Positions 1-9,034 of a DNA stretch of 64,000 bases are shown here, one piece after another. The stretch is from Allosphingosinicella sp. GTDB taxonomy: Bacteria > Pseudomonadota > Alphaproteobacteria > Sphingomonadales > Sphingomonadaceae. The stretch covers positions 738 to 64,737 of the forward strand of contig DASVVY010000021.1 in assembly GCA_036386335.1 (NCBI GenBank), written 5' to 3'. Under the pieces are notes generated by a model that had not been told where the DNA came from, searched no databases, and saw only the letters and a list, made by a program, of their open reading frames with translations. Position 1 is the stretch's first letter. Each line of letters begins with the position of its first letter. A program made the translations under genes and the position numbers.

Positions 1-8
1 ATCTGGCG

Positions 9-1538
9 GTGTTCGCCGACCTGCTCTACGGCACCGACAATTACGATGCGGTGCTCCGCGTCCGCTCCCGCGACGGCGCCGAGCGCGACGTCACAGTGCG
101 CCTCGGCGAGGAGCATATCGAGGCAGGCGCCCGCTCCCTTGGCATTCCCCCCGTCCTCCTCGCCGTCGTCGATCTGCTGCACGTCCTGGCCTACCCCTTC
201 CTCCTCGCCGTCGCCTGGATCCTCCATCGCCGGAAGCCGGAGGATGCGGTCAGCACGCTCGTCTCCTTCGCCGTTCTCCTCAACATCGCGGCGGAGCGGC
301 CGGCGGCGAATTTCCTCATTGCGATGCTGGGAGTGCCGCTGCGGGTCCAGAGCCTGCTGTTCGACCTTGGCAACATCGCGCTGGTCGCTGGCATCGTCCT
401 GTTCCCGCACGGCCGCTTCTCGCCGCGGCTCGTCGTGCCGCTGCTGCTGACGCTGCCGGTGCTCTTCTTCCTCGGCGGCGATATCTACCGCACGGTCCTC
501 ATGGCCCTGATGTTCGGAGCCCTCGTGGTGCTGATCCGGCGCCTCCGGCAGACCCCGCCGAGCGACATCCGCCAGCAGATAAAATGGGCGTTGTTCGGTT
601 TCTTCGGCTACGCCATCTTCTTCGGCGCATCGCTGATCCTCGACATCATGAAGCGGGGGGCCGAATCCTTCTCCGGACAGCTCCTCCTCGAGACGACCGC
701 CGGGCTGACCGTCGGGATTGCCTTCCTGTGCCTGCTCCTCGGCCTCATGGTCGCCCTGCTGCGCTACCGGCTCTACGATGCCGAAGTGGTGATCAGCCGG
801 TCGGCCACTTTCGCAGTCATCACGCTGATCGTCGGCGCCGCCTTCGCAGGCGTCGTGGAAGGAATCATCACTTCGGTGCAGGGGGCCTTCGGAGGGAATG
901 CGGGGGCGGGCGCGGCGGTGCTGGGCGGCATCGTCGCTACCGTGCTGATCAACCCGCTCCACGGCCGCATACAGGGATGGACGGAGCGCTGGTTCAATCG
1001 CGACCTGATGGAGCTTCGCCGCGACCTTCCCGAGTGCGTCCGTGACATCCGCGAGGTCGCCTCGTTACCGGAGATGCTCCATGAGATCCTGCAGCGCATC
1101 CGCGCCGGCGTGCGCACGGTCCGCGTCGCCGTGGCTGTCGACGGCGTCGTGCAGGACGTTTCCGGGGTTACTCGGGAGGAGGCCGAACAATGGCTCGCTT
1201 CGTTCCACCCGCCGGAAGGCGCGCCGAAAGTGGAGTGCGATGCGAATGACGAGCTCTTCCCCGTGCGCGTCGCGCTCAGCTACAGCACCGACCGGACGTG
1301 CATCGGCTGGCTGCTGGTAGGCAGGCGGCCGGACGGAACGACGCTCGGCCGCGACGAGCGCGATGCGCTCGCCGAGATCGCCGACCCGGTCGCCCGCGCG
1401 ATCCGCATCGTGCTGAAGCGCGACCGGCAGGACCACGAAATCGCACAGCTGCTCGACTCCCACCGCCGCCGCATCGAGGAGCTCGAAGCGAGGCTGCAGG
1501 CGGCGGCTCCGCCGGTCCCGAGGGCGGCAGTGCGCTAG
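9..1538 (+). CDS. Multi-pass membrane protein with C-terminal GAF-like region and coiled-coil tail (5' end probably outside window)
   Basis: About 8 hydrophobic helices; LRYRLYDAEVVISRSATFAVITL linker and IGWLLVGRRPDGTTLGRDERDAL resemble 7TM-GAF sensor modules; ORF begins at the window edge. Confidence 0.6.
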   Translation: MFADLLYGTDNYDAVLRVRSRDGAERDVTVRLGEEHIEAGARSLGIPPVLLAVVDLLHVLAYPFLLAVAWILHRRKPEDAVSTLVSFAVLLNIAAERPAANFLIAMLGVPLRVQSLLFDLGNIALVAGIVLFPHGRFSPRLVVPLLLTLPVLFFLGGDIYRTVLMALMFGALVVLIRRLRQTPPSDIRQQIKWALFGFFGYAIFFGASLILDIMKRGAESFSGQLLLETTAGLTVGIAFLCLLLGLMVALLRYRLYDAEVVISRSATFAVITLIVGAAFAGVVEGIITSVQGAFGGNAGAGAAVLGGIVATVLINPLHGRIQGWTERWFNRDLMELRRDLPECVRDIREVASLPEMLHEILQRIRAGVRTVRVAVAVDGVVQDVSGVTREEAEQWLASFHPPEGAPKVECDANDELFPVRVALSYSTDRTCIGWLLVGRRPDGTTLGRDERDALAEIADPVARAIRIVLKRDRQDHEIAQLLDSHRRRIEELEARLQAAAPPVPRAAVR

Positions 1539-1666
1539 TCGCAGGGAACGTGCGGGTCCGCGCCCGCGGCGGCGTCTTACGCAACGCCACGCGATCCGCT
1601 ACAATGCGGCGGAGGCACAAAAAGGCACGATAGGGCGAGGGGCCGACACCAGGGAGCTCGGACACC

Positions 1667-2428
1667 ATGAAATTGCAGGGAAATTTCGAACGCGACTCGG
1701 GCGCGAACCGCGGCCTGCGCTGGAAGAGGCTCTTCCTCGGCGCCGCCGCCGCCGGCTTGGCGTTGGTCGGAGCCGCGGCGGACGCGGGCGTTCTCATCGT
1801 CCGCTCGGCCGGTCCATCCGCCAAGAGCTACCCGGCCGGCCGCTCGCTGCCCGACACGGCCCGGCTCACGCTGCAGCCGGGCGACGTCGTCGTCCTGCTC
1901 GGCAACGACAGCACGCGAACGCTGCGGGGCCCCGGCACCTTCACCCTCGGCAGCCCGCGCCCGGCGGGCGGCATCCCGATGGCGGCCCTCGCACGTCGCG
2001 GCCGGTTCAGCGCGCTTCGTTCCGGCGAGATGGGTCCGCGCAACCCGAGCATCTGGAACGTCGACGTGTCGCAGAGCGGCAAGGTCTGCGTCTCCAATCC
2101 CGGCGCCGTCACGCTTTGGCGCCCGGACGCCAACGATGCATCGACGGTGAAGCTCGCCGCCGCCGGCGGCAGCGCGCAGGAAGAGCAATGGCCGGCCGGC
2201 GAGCCGACCCTCGCCTGGCCGCAGCGGCTCCCGATCGCGGCGGGCAGCGAATATGAGGTGAGCCTCGCCGGCAGCGAGGCGCCGAGCCGCGTGCGATTCG
2301 ACGTGCTCCCTGCGGTGCCCAGCGACACCAGCGCCACCGCGCAGCTGCTGCTCGAGAAGGGTTGCCAGCACCAGCTCGACCTGCTGCTCGAGACGGTGCC
2401 GACCGAGCCCGCCGCGCCGGACAAGTGA
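1667..2428 (+). CDS. Secreted hypothetical protein
   Basis: RBS GGAG upstream; basic N-region plus hydrophobic signal ending AADA; Cys pair; GC3-rich coding frame. Confidence 0.6.
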   Translation: MKLQGNFERDSGANRGLRWKRLFLGAAAAGLALVGAAADAGVLIVRSAGPSAKSYPAGRSLPDTARLTLQPGDVVVLLGNDSTRTLRGPGTFTLGSPRPAGGIPMAALARRGRFSALRSGEMGPRNPSIWNVDVSQSGKVCVSNPGAVTLWRPDANDASTVKLAAAGGSAQEEQWPAGEPTLAWPQRLPIAAGSEYEVSLAGSEAPSRVRFDVLPAVPSDTSATAQLLLEKGCQHQLDLLLETVPTEPAAPDK

Positions 2429-2451
2429 TCCGGCGCTGAGGGCCGCGGCCG

Positions 2452-2799
2452 ATGAAGGCGACCATCTACCACAACGGCAAGTGCGGCACCTCGCGCAAGA
2501 CCCTCGACATCCTTGAGCGGGAGGGCGCGGAGGTGCGCGTCGTCGAGTATCTCAAGACTCCGCCCTCACGCGAGGAGCTGAAGCGCCTCTATGCCCGCGC
2601 CGGCATCTCGCCGCGCGAGGGGCTGCGGACCAAGGAGCCGCTGGCGGAGGAGCTCGGCCTGACCCGCGAAGGCGTCGACGACGAGGCGATACTCGATGCG
2701 ATGGCCGAGCACCCGATCCTGATCAACCGGCCCCTCGTGGAGACGGAGAAGGGCGTGCGGCTGTGCCGGCCGCAGGAGCGGGTGCACGCGATCCTCTGA
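2452..2799 (+). CDS. arsC: ArsC-family arsenate reductase (glutaredoxin type)
   Basis: IYHNGKCGTSRKTL, VVEYLKTPPS, HPILINRPLV motifs. Confidence 0.9.
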   Translation: MKATIYHNGKCGTSRKTLDILEREGAEVRVVEYLKTPPSREELKRLYARAGISPREGLRTKEPLAEELGLTREGVDDEAILDAMAEHPILINRPLVETEKGVRLCRPQERVHAIL

Positions 2800-2808
2800 G
2801 GCGGGAGG

Positions 2809-3447
2809 CTAGCGCCTCGCCCGCCGCCGCGAGCCGAGGCCGATCAGCAGGAAGGCGGCGCCGCCCGACACGAAGCTGAGCGCGACCAGCGTCCCGAACA
2901 AAGTCGCCACCGAAGGGCTCCCCGCGCCGCCGCCGAAGAAGATGGCGCTGAGGCTGGCGAACGGCACCGTCAGCAGCACGGTGAGCGGCACCGTCACCAG
3001 CAGGAAGGCGGCGATGCCGATATCGAAGATGCCGCGGCACAGGACCAGGGTCTTCATCGCCGGCCGCGCGTAAAAGGCGGCGACGGCGGCGCCGATGCCG
3101 CGCAGCGCCAGCGCCGCGATCAACAGCTGGGCGAGCCGCGCGAAGGTGCCGAACGGGTGGACGACCAGGATCGCTCCGGCCGCGAGGCTGAAGACGGAGA
3201 GGAGCAGCGCCGCTTTGCCCTCGACGCTGCCGCGGTTGGCGAAGCCGACACCGCCCTCGGCCACGCCGCAGACGAGCAGGAAGGCGCCCACGGTGAGGAT
3301 GAAGCGCTGCGCCGTCCCCACCGGCATGAACGCCAGCGCGAGGCCGAGCCCGATGGTCAGCGCGCCGAGCGGCAGCGCCCACTTCCACGCGGGCGCCGCC
3401 GGCGGCGTCTCATTTCCAGCGGTAGAGCCGTCTGAATCTTGCAACAC
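2809..3447 (-). CDS. HdeD/DUF308-family membrane protein (start uncertain)
   Basis: Six TM segments with repeated GAFLLVCGVAEG / ALALRGIGA pattern. Confidence 0.65.
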   Translation of the reverse strand: MLQDSDGSTAGNETPPAAPAWKWALPLGALTIGLGLALAFMPVGTAQRFILTVGAFLLVCGVAEGGVGFANRGSVEGKAALLLSVFSLAAGAILVVHPFGTFARLAQLLIAALALRGIGAAVAAFYARPAMKTLVLCRGIFDIGIAAFLLVTVPLTVLLTVPFASLSAIFFGGGAGSPSVATLFGTLVALSFVSGGAAFLLIGLGSRRRARR

Positions 3448-3508
3448 GCCACCAGGTCAGAGCCGCGCTCACGAGGAGCAGGATAAGCAGATACGCAACA
3501 GCGGACAT
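3410..3508 (-). CDS. Small membrane protein, 32 aa (MSAVAYLLILLLVSAALTWWRVARFRRLYRWK), not in ORF track
   Basis: Translated by hand; AGGAG RBS upstream of ATG; one TM helix plus basic tail; EcfG-type promoter upstream. Confidence 0.6.
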   Translation of the reverse strand: MSAVAYLLILLLVSAALTWWRVARFRRLYRWK

Positions 3509-3553
3509 GGGTACACTCCTGACCGGCCGCCCCGCGTCTTGCGACACGGAGGC

Positions 3554-3579
3554 AACGAGGGGCGCTCCGGGGCCGTTCC
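3554..3579 (-). promoter_or_regulatory. EcfG/SigT-type promoter GGAAC-N17-CGTT
   Basis: Exact consensus on minus strand, 46 nt upstream of the sORF ATG. Confidence 0.75.
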
Positions 3580-3664
3580 GCGCCGTTATACCAGGTTAAT
3601 CCCGGTGCGGCGCGCCGTGGCTGCGGCGGGACACGCCGATCCGCCGCCGCGGCCGAACCGGCGC

Positions 3665-3994
3665 CTAGCGCGACCAGACCAGCTTCAGCGGCTTGCGTTT
3701 CGGCGCCTGCGCCCGCGCCCGGGCGACCGCATCCGCGAGGCGGCAGTCGCCGATGTGGGCCACCTGCAGCCCGCGCAGGCCGTGGCGGCGGAGCGCCTGC
3801 TGCCAGCTCGCGAATTCCTCGAGCGTCAGGCGATAACGCGCGAGCGCCTCGTCGAGCGTGAGCCGGCCCTGCCGGACCGCCTCCACCACCTGGGCCTTGC
3901 GCCGTGCCACCCACCGGGTCGTCGGCGGCGGCAGCTTCTCGGCCTTGTCGCCTCCCTCGGGCGCCGCCTTCCGGCTGTTCGAAACGTCGTTCAT
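3665..3994 (-). CDS. sciP: DUF1153 / SciP-like CtrA inhibitor
   Basis: LPPPTTRWVARRKAQVVEAV...YRLTLEEFASWQ...HGLRGL signature. Confidence 0.8.
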   Translation of the reverse strand: MNDVSNSRKAAPEGGDKAEKLPPPTTRWVARRKAQVVEAVRQGRLTLDEALARYRLTLEEFASWQQALRRHGLRGLQVAHIGDCRLADAVARARAQAPKRKPLKLVWSR

Positions 3995-4045
3995 CGGGGC
4001 CTCCTGCGTGGCCCCACCCGCTAGGCGCGATCATGGCCTGACAAG

Positions 4046-4085
4046 TTAATAAATCGTAAAGCAAAGTAGTTACCGCCAGATTAAC
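4046..4085. promoter_or_regulatory. Two CtrA-like boxes (TTAA-N7-TAAA at 4046-4060; TTAC-N7-TTAAC at 4070-4085)
   Basis: One-mismatch matches to TTAA-N7-TTAA in the AT-rich divergent intergenic region between sciP-like and REC/EAL genes. Confidence 0.65.
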
Positions 4086-4179
4086 TTAACTATTCTTGAG
4101 TTTTCCACAGACGCCGCAACTAATCGGATGCACGGCAGTTGTATTGGTTCGGGACAAACGGCAGAGTGGATCTTTTGCC

Positions 4180-4668
4180 ATGCCACAGGCCTTCGAATTT
4201 GCGCGCGAAGCCGGGTCGCGTCCGGCGCGGCACCCGCTCGGCGGGCCGCGGAAGCTGCTGCTGGTCGACGACGAGCCCGCTGTCGGCCGCATGATGTGCC
4301 ACGCGGCGCAGGAGTGCGGCTACGAGGCGGCGGTCGCGATGACGGCGACCAGCTTCCGCCGTCACTATGAGGAGGAGACGCCGGACATCGTCCTGCTCGA
4401 CCTGTCGCTGCCCGGCGGCGACGGCATCGAGCTGCTCCGCTTCCTCGCCGAGAAGAAGTCGCAGGCGGTGATCCTGATCGTCAGCGGCTTCGACCGGCGC
4501 GTGCTCGAAGCCGCGCGCCGGCTCGGCGAGGCGCTCGGGCTCAGGATGGGCGGCTGTCTCACCAAGCCGGTCTTCGTCAACCAGCTCGGCGAGGCGATCG
4601 AGAAAGCGACGAGGCAGTTCAGCGCGGGAGGCGACGACGATGCGGCTCACCTCTGTTTCCGATCCTGA
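4180..4668 (+). CDS. Response regulator receiver protein (RocR-type REC)
   Basis: LLVDDE, LLDLSLPGGDG, IVSG, LTKP motifs; start ATG chosen at 4180. Confidence 0.85.
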   Translation: MPQAFEFAREAGSRPARHPLGGPRKLLLVDDEPAVGRMMCHAAQECGYEAAVAMTATSFRRHYEEETPDIVLLDLSLPGGDGIELLRFLAEKKSQAVILIVSGFDRRVLEAARRLGEALGLRMGGCLTKPVFVNQLGEAIEKATRQFSAGGDDDAAHLCFRS

Positions 4669-5473
4669 GCTCGCCACCCGGCTCCAGCTCGCGATCGAAC
4701 GCGGCGAGATCTTCCTTCACTACCAGCCCAAGCTTCATCTGAGCTCGGGCATCGTCACCGGCGTCGAGGCGCTGGCGCGGTGGGAGGATGCGGAGCTCGG
4801 GCCGATCGAGCCCGCCGCCTTCGTGCCCGTCGCCGAGCGCTACGGCCTGATCGACGCGCTGACCGAGTGCGTCTTCCGCTGCGCCACCAGCCAGTGGCTC
4901 GCCTGGCAGGACCAGGGCATCAAGGTCCACCTTGCGATCAACATCTCGGCGCTGAGCCTGCGCGACGTCTACCTGCCCGACTACATCCAGCGCGTCTGCA
5001 TGCGCGAGGGCATGCCCTGCGATCACCTCACCGTCGAAGTGACCGAGAGCGCGACCCAGAACGTCGTGCGCCTGCTCGACACCCTCACCCGCTTCCGGCT
5101 GAAGGGGATCAGCGTCTCGCTCGACGATTTCGGCACCGGCTATTCCTCGCTGCTGCAGCTGCGCCAGCTTCCCTACACCGAGATCAAGATCGACCAGTGC
5201 TTCGTGAAGGACGCCGCCCGCTCCGAGGATTCGCGGCTGATCGTCAAGGCGATCGTCGACCTCGCCCACGCCATGGGCCTGATCGCCACCGCGGAAGGCG
5301 TCGAGGACCTCGACACGCTGAAGCTGCTGCGCGATCTCGGCTGCGACGACGTCCAGGGCTTCATCGTCTCGCCGCCGCTCGCCGGCACCGCGTTCGCCGA
5401 ATGGCTGATGAGCTTCGCGCCCCCGGACCGGGGCGGGGCGCTCACCGCGCCGAGGAGCGCGGTGATCGTCTGA
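4640..5473 (+). CDS. EAL-domain c-di-GMP phosphodiesterase
   Basis: YQPK, EAL, INIS, EVTES, DDFGTGYSS, IKID, EGVE, QGF all present; own GGAGG RBS. Confidence 0.92.
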   Translation: MRLTSVSDPELATRLQLAIERGEIFLHYQPKLHLSSGIVTGVEALARWEDAELGPIEPAAFVPVAERYGLIDALTECVFRCATSQWLAWQDQGIKVHLAINISALSLRDVYLPDYIQRVCMREGMPCDHLTVEVTESATQNVVRLLDTLTRFRLKGISVSLDDFGTGYSSLLQLRQLPYTEIKIDQCFVKDAARSEDSRLIVKAIVDLAHAMGLIATAEGVEDLDTLKLLRDLGCDDVQGFIVSPPLAGTAFAEWLMSFAPPDRGGALTAPRSAVIV

Positions 5474-5476
5474 GCG

Positions 5477-5899
5477 TCAGTCGCGGCGCAGCGAATCCCG
5501 GATCTCGCGCAGGACGAGGAGCTCGTCGCTCGGCGCCGGGCTCGCCGCCTCCGCCGGCTTCGAGCCCCGCGCCGCGGCCTTCACCAGCTGGTAGATGATG
5601 AAGGCGAGGATCAGGAAGTTGACGACCGCGGTCAGGAACTGGCCGTAGCCGAACATCGCCACCCCCGCCTCCTTGAGCGCGGCATAGCTGGTCGGGTCGC
5701 CCCTGAAGCCCGCCGGGATCGGGCCCAGGCGGACGAAATAATTGGAGAAGTCGAGGCCGCCGAAGACCGCGCCGACCAGCGGCATGATGATGTCGTCGGT
5801 GAGCGAGGTGACGATCGTGGCGAACGCCGCGCCGATGATCACCGCCACCGCGAGATCGAGCACGTTGCCGCGCGCGACGAATTGCCGGAATCCTGCCAT
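5477..5899 (-). CDS. mscL: Large-conductance mechanosensitive channel
   Basis: FVARGNVLDLAVAVIIGAAF...YGQFLTAVVNFLI...LLVLREIRDSL. Confidence 0.95.
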   Translation of the reverse strand: MAGFRQFVARGNVLDLAVAVIIGAAFATIVTSLTDDIIMPLVGAVFGGLDFSNYFVRLGPIPAGFRGDPTSYAALKEAGVAMFGYGQFLTAVVNFLILAFIIYQLVKAAARGSKPAEAASPAPSDELLVLREIRDSLRRD

Positions 5900-6070
5900 T
5901 GCCTCTCTCCCCCTCCCCTGTCGCGGCACGCCGCAGGCGCCAAGACTACCCTTCCCGGCGCCTTCCGCCAAGCGGACGTCCCGCGTGGGGCTTTCCGTTC
6001 ACCTCCTGTTGCTTTTCGCGGGGCTAAAAACGCGGTAAAGCCTCGTCACATCAGACAGCAGGATTTCCCG

Positions 6071-7414
6071 ATGACCAAGAATCTCTTCCGCTCGCTGGGG
6101 CTGGTCGCCGCGGTGGCGATCGTTCCCGCCGCGACCGCGGCGCTGGCGGCGGTGGACAGCGAGACCTATCGCGAGTTCGACCAGTTCATGAGCGTGTTCG
6201 AGCGGGTGCGCGCCCAATATGTCGATCAGGTCGACGACAAGACGCTGATGCGCGGCGCCATCGACGGCATGCTCAACAGCCTCGATCCGCACAGCTCCTA
6301 TCTCGACGAGCGCGGCTACGAGTCGCTGATGACCCAGACCGACGGCGAATATGGCGGGCTCGGCCTCAACGTCACGCTCGAGGACGGCGCCGTGAAGATC
6401 GTCGCGCCGATCGAGGATTCGCCCGGCGACAAGGCCGGCATCAAGGCCGGCGACTATATCAGCCACCTCAACGGCAAGCTTATCTACGGCGGCACGCTGG
6501 ACGAGGCCGTCGACCAGATGCGCGGCGCCCCCGGCACGACCATCCGCCTCACCATCATCCGCCCCGGCCGCGACAAGCCGTTCGACGTCAGCGTCACCCG
6601 CGCCATCGTCGAGCTGCCGGCGGTCAAGTGGGAGGTGAAGGACCGGGTCGGCGTCATCAACGTCAACACCTTCAGCCGCACCACCACCCAGGAGACGCTG
6701 GCGGCGATCAGCGGCATCGAGAAGTCTCTCGGCGGGCAGCCGCTCGGCTATGTCCTCGATCTTCGCTCGAACCCGGGCGGGCTCCTCGACCAGGCGGTCG
6801 GCCTCTCCGACGTCTTCCTCGAGCGCGGCGAGGTCGTCTCGCAGCGCGGCCGCCGCAAGGGCGACATCGAGCGCTATTACGCTCAGCCCGGCGACGCCGC
6901 CCGCGGCCTCCCGGTCGTGATCCTCGTCGATTCGGGCACCGCTTCGGCGGCCGAGATCGTCGCCGCCGCTCTCCAGGACCACCACCGCGCGGTCGTGATG
7001 GGGGAGCGCAGCTTCGGCAAGGGCTCGGTGCAGACCCTGCTGCCGCTCAGCGAGAAGACGGCGCTGAGGCTCACCACCGCCCGCTACTACACGCCGTCCG
7101 GCCGGTCCGTGCAGGAAGGCGGCATCACCCCGGACATCGAGGTGCCCCAGCTTTCCGACCCCGACTACAAGAGCCGGCCCAAGCTGCGCGAGGCGGACCT
7201 GCGCCGCCACCTGATCAACGAGATCAAGGTGGACGAGGCGGTGATCACCGAGGACGGCAAGCCCGATCCGCGCTTCGCCGCCACGCCGGACGAGCTGAAG
7301 AAGAAGGGGATCGAGGACTTCCAGCTGCATTACGCGCTGCAGACCCTGACCCGCCTCGGCCGCACCAATGTGGCCGCGAAGCCGGCGGCGCCGGCACGGA
7401 CCGGCACGCGCTGA
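6071..7414 (+). CDS. ctpA: S41 carboxyl-terminal processing protease with PDZ domain
   Basis: LDPHSSY, GLGLNV (PDZ), LDLRSNPGGLL, TASAAEIVA, SFGKGSVQT, RLTTARYYTPSG. Confidence 0.93.
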   Translation: MTKNLFRSLGLVAAVAIVPAATAALAAVDSETYREFDQFMSVFERVRAQYVDQVDDKTLMRGAIDGMLNSLDPHSSYLDERGYESLMTQTDGEYGGLGLNVTLEDGAVKIVAPIEDSPGDKAGIKAGDYISHLNGKLIYGGTLDEAVDQMRGAPGTTIRLTIIRPGRDKPFDVSVTRAIVELPAVKWEVKDRVGVINVNTFSRTTTQETLAAISGIEKSLGGQPLGYVLDLRSNPGGLLDQAVGLSDVFLERGEVVSQRGRRKGDIERYYAQPGDAARGLPVVILVDSGTASAAEIVAAALQDHHRAVVMGERSFGKGSVQTLLPLSEKTALRLTTARYYTPSGRSVQEGGITPDIEVPQLSDPDYKSRPKLREADLRRHLINEIKVDEAVITEDGKPDPRFAATPDELKKKGIEDFQLHYALQTLTRLGRTNVAAKPAAPARTGTR

Positions 7415-7421
7415 CCTGCTG

Positions 7422-7910
7422 GTGACCTCGCTCGACAAGGCCAAGGCGCTCGCGCTGATCGTGCCGGCGGCGCTGCTCGCCGGCGCCTACGGCTTCCAGC
7501 ATCTCGGCGGCCTCTACCCGTGCGAAATGTGCTGGTGGCAGCGTTACGCGCACATGGCGGGGGTGGTGTTCGCCCTGCTCGCCTTGCTCCTCGCCCGCCT
7601 GCCGGACCGGGCGCGCAGCTTCGTCTGGCTGGCGGCGCTCGCCATCCTCGCCAGCGGCGCGATCGGCGGCTATCATGCGGGGGTGGAGGCGGGCGTGTTC
7701 GAAGGCTTCACCCAATGCACCAGCACTGCCTCGGGCGGGTCCGCCGAGGAGATGATGAAGCAGATCCTCGCCGCCCCGCTCATTCGCTGCGACCAGGTGC
7801 AATGGTCGTTCCTCGGCATATCGATGGCGGGGTGGAACGCGATCCTCTCCATCGGGTTCGCACTGGTGATCCTATGGCTGAGCCTCAGACGCCCCCGGCC
7901 GCAGGCATGA
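7422..7910 (+). CDS. dsbB: Disulfide bond formation protein B
   Basis: PCEMCWWQR motif, second Cys pair, four TMs; GTG start estimated. Confidence 0.85.
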   Translation: MTSLDKAKALALIVPAALLAGAYGFQHLGGLYPCEMCWWQRYAHMAGVVFALLALLLARLPDRARSFVWLAALAILASGAIGGYHAGVEAGVFEGFTQCTSTASGGSAEEMMKQILAAPLIRCDQVQWSFLGISMAGWNAILSIGFALVILWLSLRRPRPQA

Positions 7911-8464
7911 GCGGCACCGCCAGCCCCGAGCGCCCCCGCTGGCGCCCTGGGGACGACCGGCCCGACACCGCCTCGATGGTGCGGGTCGACCAGGCCGGCG
8001 AATATGGCGCGACGCGCATCTATTGCGGCCAGCTCGCCGTCCTCGGCAGCCACCCCGCCTCGCGCGCGATAGCGCGGATGCAGGGGCAGGAGGAACGGCA
8101 CCTGCGCACCTTCGACGAGATGATGATCGAGCGCGGCATCCGCCCGACCATCCTCCAGCCCGTCTGGCGCAGCGCCGGCTACATGCTCGGCGCGGTGACG
8201 GCGCTGATGGGCCCGAACGCCGCCATGGCCTGCACCGCCGCGGTCGAGACCGAAATCGACAAGCATTATGCCGAGCAGCGCCGCGCGCTCGGCGAGGAGG
8301 ATCCGGACCTCTCCGGCACCATCGCCGATTTCCAGGCGGAGGAGCTCGAGCATCGCGACACGGCGATCGCCGCCGGTGCGGAGGACACATTCGGCTATCC
8401 CATACTTTCCAGCATCATCCGAGCCGGCTGCCGGTTCGCGATCGCACTTTCGAAGAGGATCTGA
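7907..8464 (+). CDS. coq7: Demethoxyubiquinone hydroxylase (Coq7 family, di-iron)
   Basis: RVDQAGEYGA..IY.GQ, EERH, EIDKHY, EELEH; ATGA overlap with dsbB. Confidence 0.9.
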   Translation: MSGTASPERPRWRPGDDRPDTASMVRVDQAGEYGATRIYCGQLAVLGSHPASRAIARMQGQEERHLRTFDEMMIERGIRPTILQPVWRSAGYMLGAVTALMGPNAAMACTAAVETEIDKHYAEQRRALGEEDPDLSGTIADFQAEELEHRDTAIAAGAEDTFGYPILSSIIRAGCRFAIALSKRI

Positions 8465-8468
8465 CCCG

Positions 8469-8951
8469 ATGAGACTGCTTACCCTGGCCGCCGCGGCCCT
8501 GGCGGCCGTCCCCGCTTTCGCCCAGACCGAGGAGGCGCCGCCGCCTCCGGGCGCGGGCGAGGAAAGGATCAACCAGCTCGTCGTCTACGGCAACGATCCC
8601 TGCCCGAAGAGCACCGACGAGGAGATCACCGTCTGCGCGAGGAAGCCCGAGACCGAGCGTTTCCGCATCCCCAAGGGGCTGCGCGACGAGGGTCAGCCGA
8701 CCGCGGAGAGCTGGGCCTCGCGCGCGAGCGAGCTTCAATATGTCGGCCGGTCCGGCATCGGCAGCTGCTCGCCGACGGGGCCGGGCGGCGCCACCGGCTG
8801 CCTGCAGGGGCTGATCAACAATGCCCGCGAGGAGCGCCGGCAAAGCGCGGATGCCGACTGGAACGCGCTGATCGCCCAGGCGCGCCGCGAGCGGCTCGGC
8901 CGGATCGACGCGGAGGCCGAGGCCGAAGAGAAAGCGAACGCGCCCGATTGA
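8469..8951 (+). CDS. Secreted hypothetical protein, paralog A (4 conserved Cys)
   Basis: Signal peptide ending AFA; VYGNDPCP...VCARKPETERFRIP...SW...VGRSGIGSCS.TGPGG..GC. Confidence 0.75.
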   Translation: MRLLTLAAAALAAVPAFAQTEEAPPPPGAGEERINQLVVYGNDPCPKSTDEEITVCARKPETERFRIPKGLRDEGQPTAESWASRASELQYVGRSGIGSCSPTGPGGATGCLQGLINNAREERRQSADADWNALIAQARRERLGRIDAEAEAEEKANAPD

Positions 8952-9034
8952 GGCGGCGGGGCGGCCGCCCCCGGGAACCAAAGCGCCGGCTCGGCCCTTC
9001 TTTTCGGGAACTCGCTTCCGAAAAGGAGCCGCCC

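Noticed and set aside
3586-3599. CtrA-like TTAT-N6-TTAA
   Set aside because: Spacer is 6 rather than 7 nt and one half-site mismatches.
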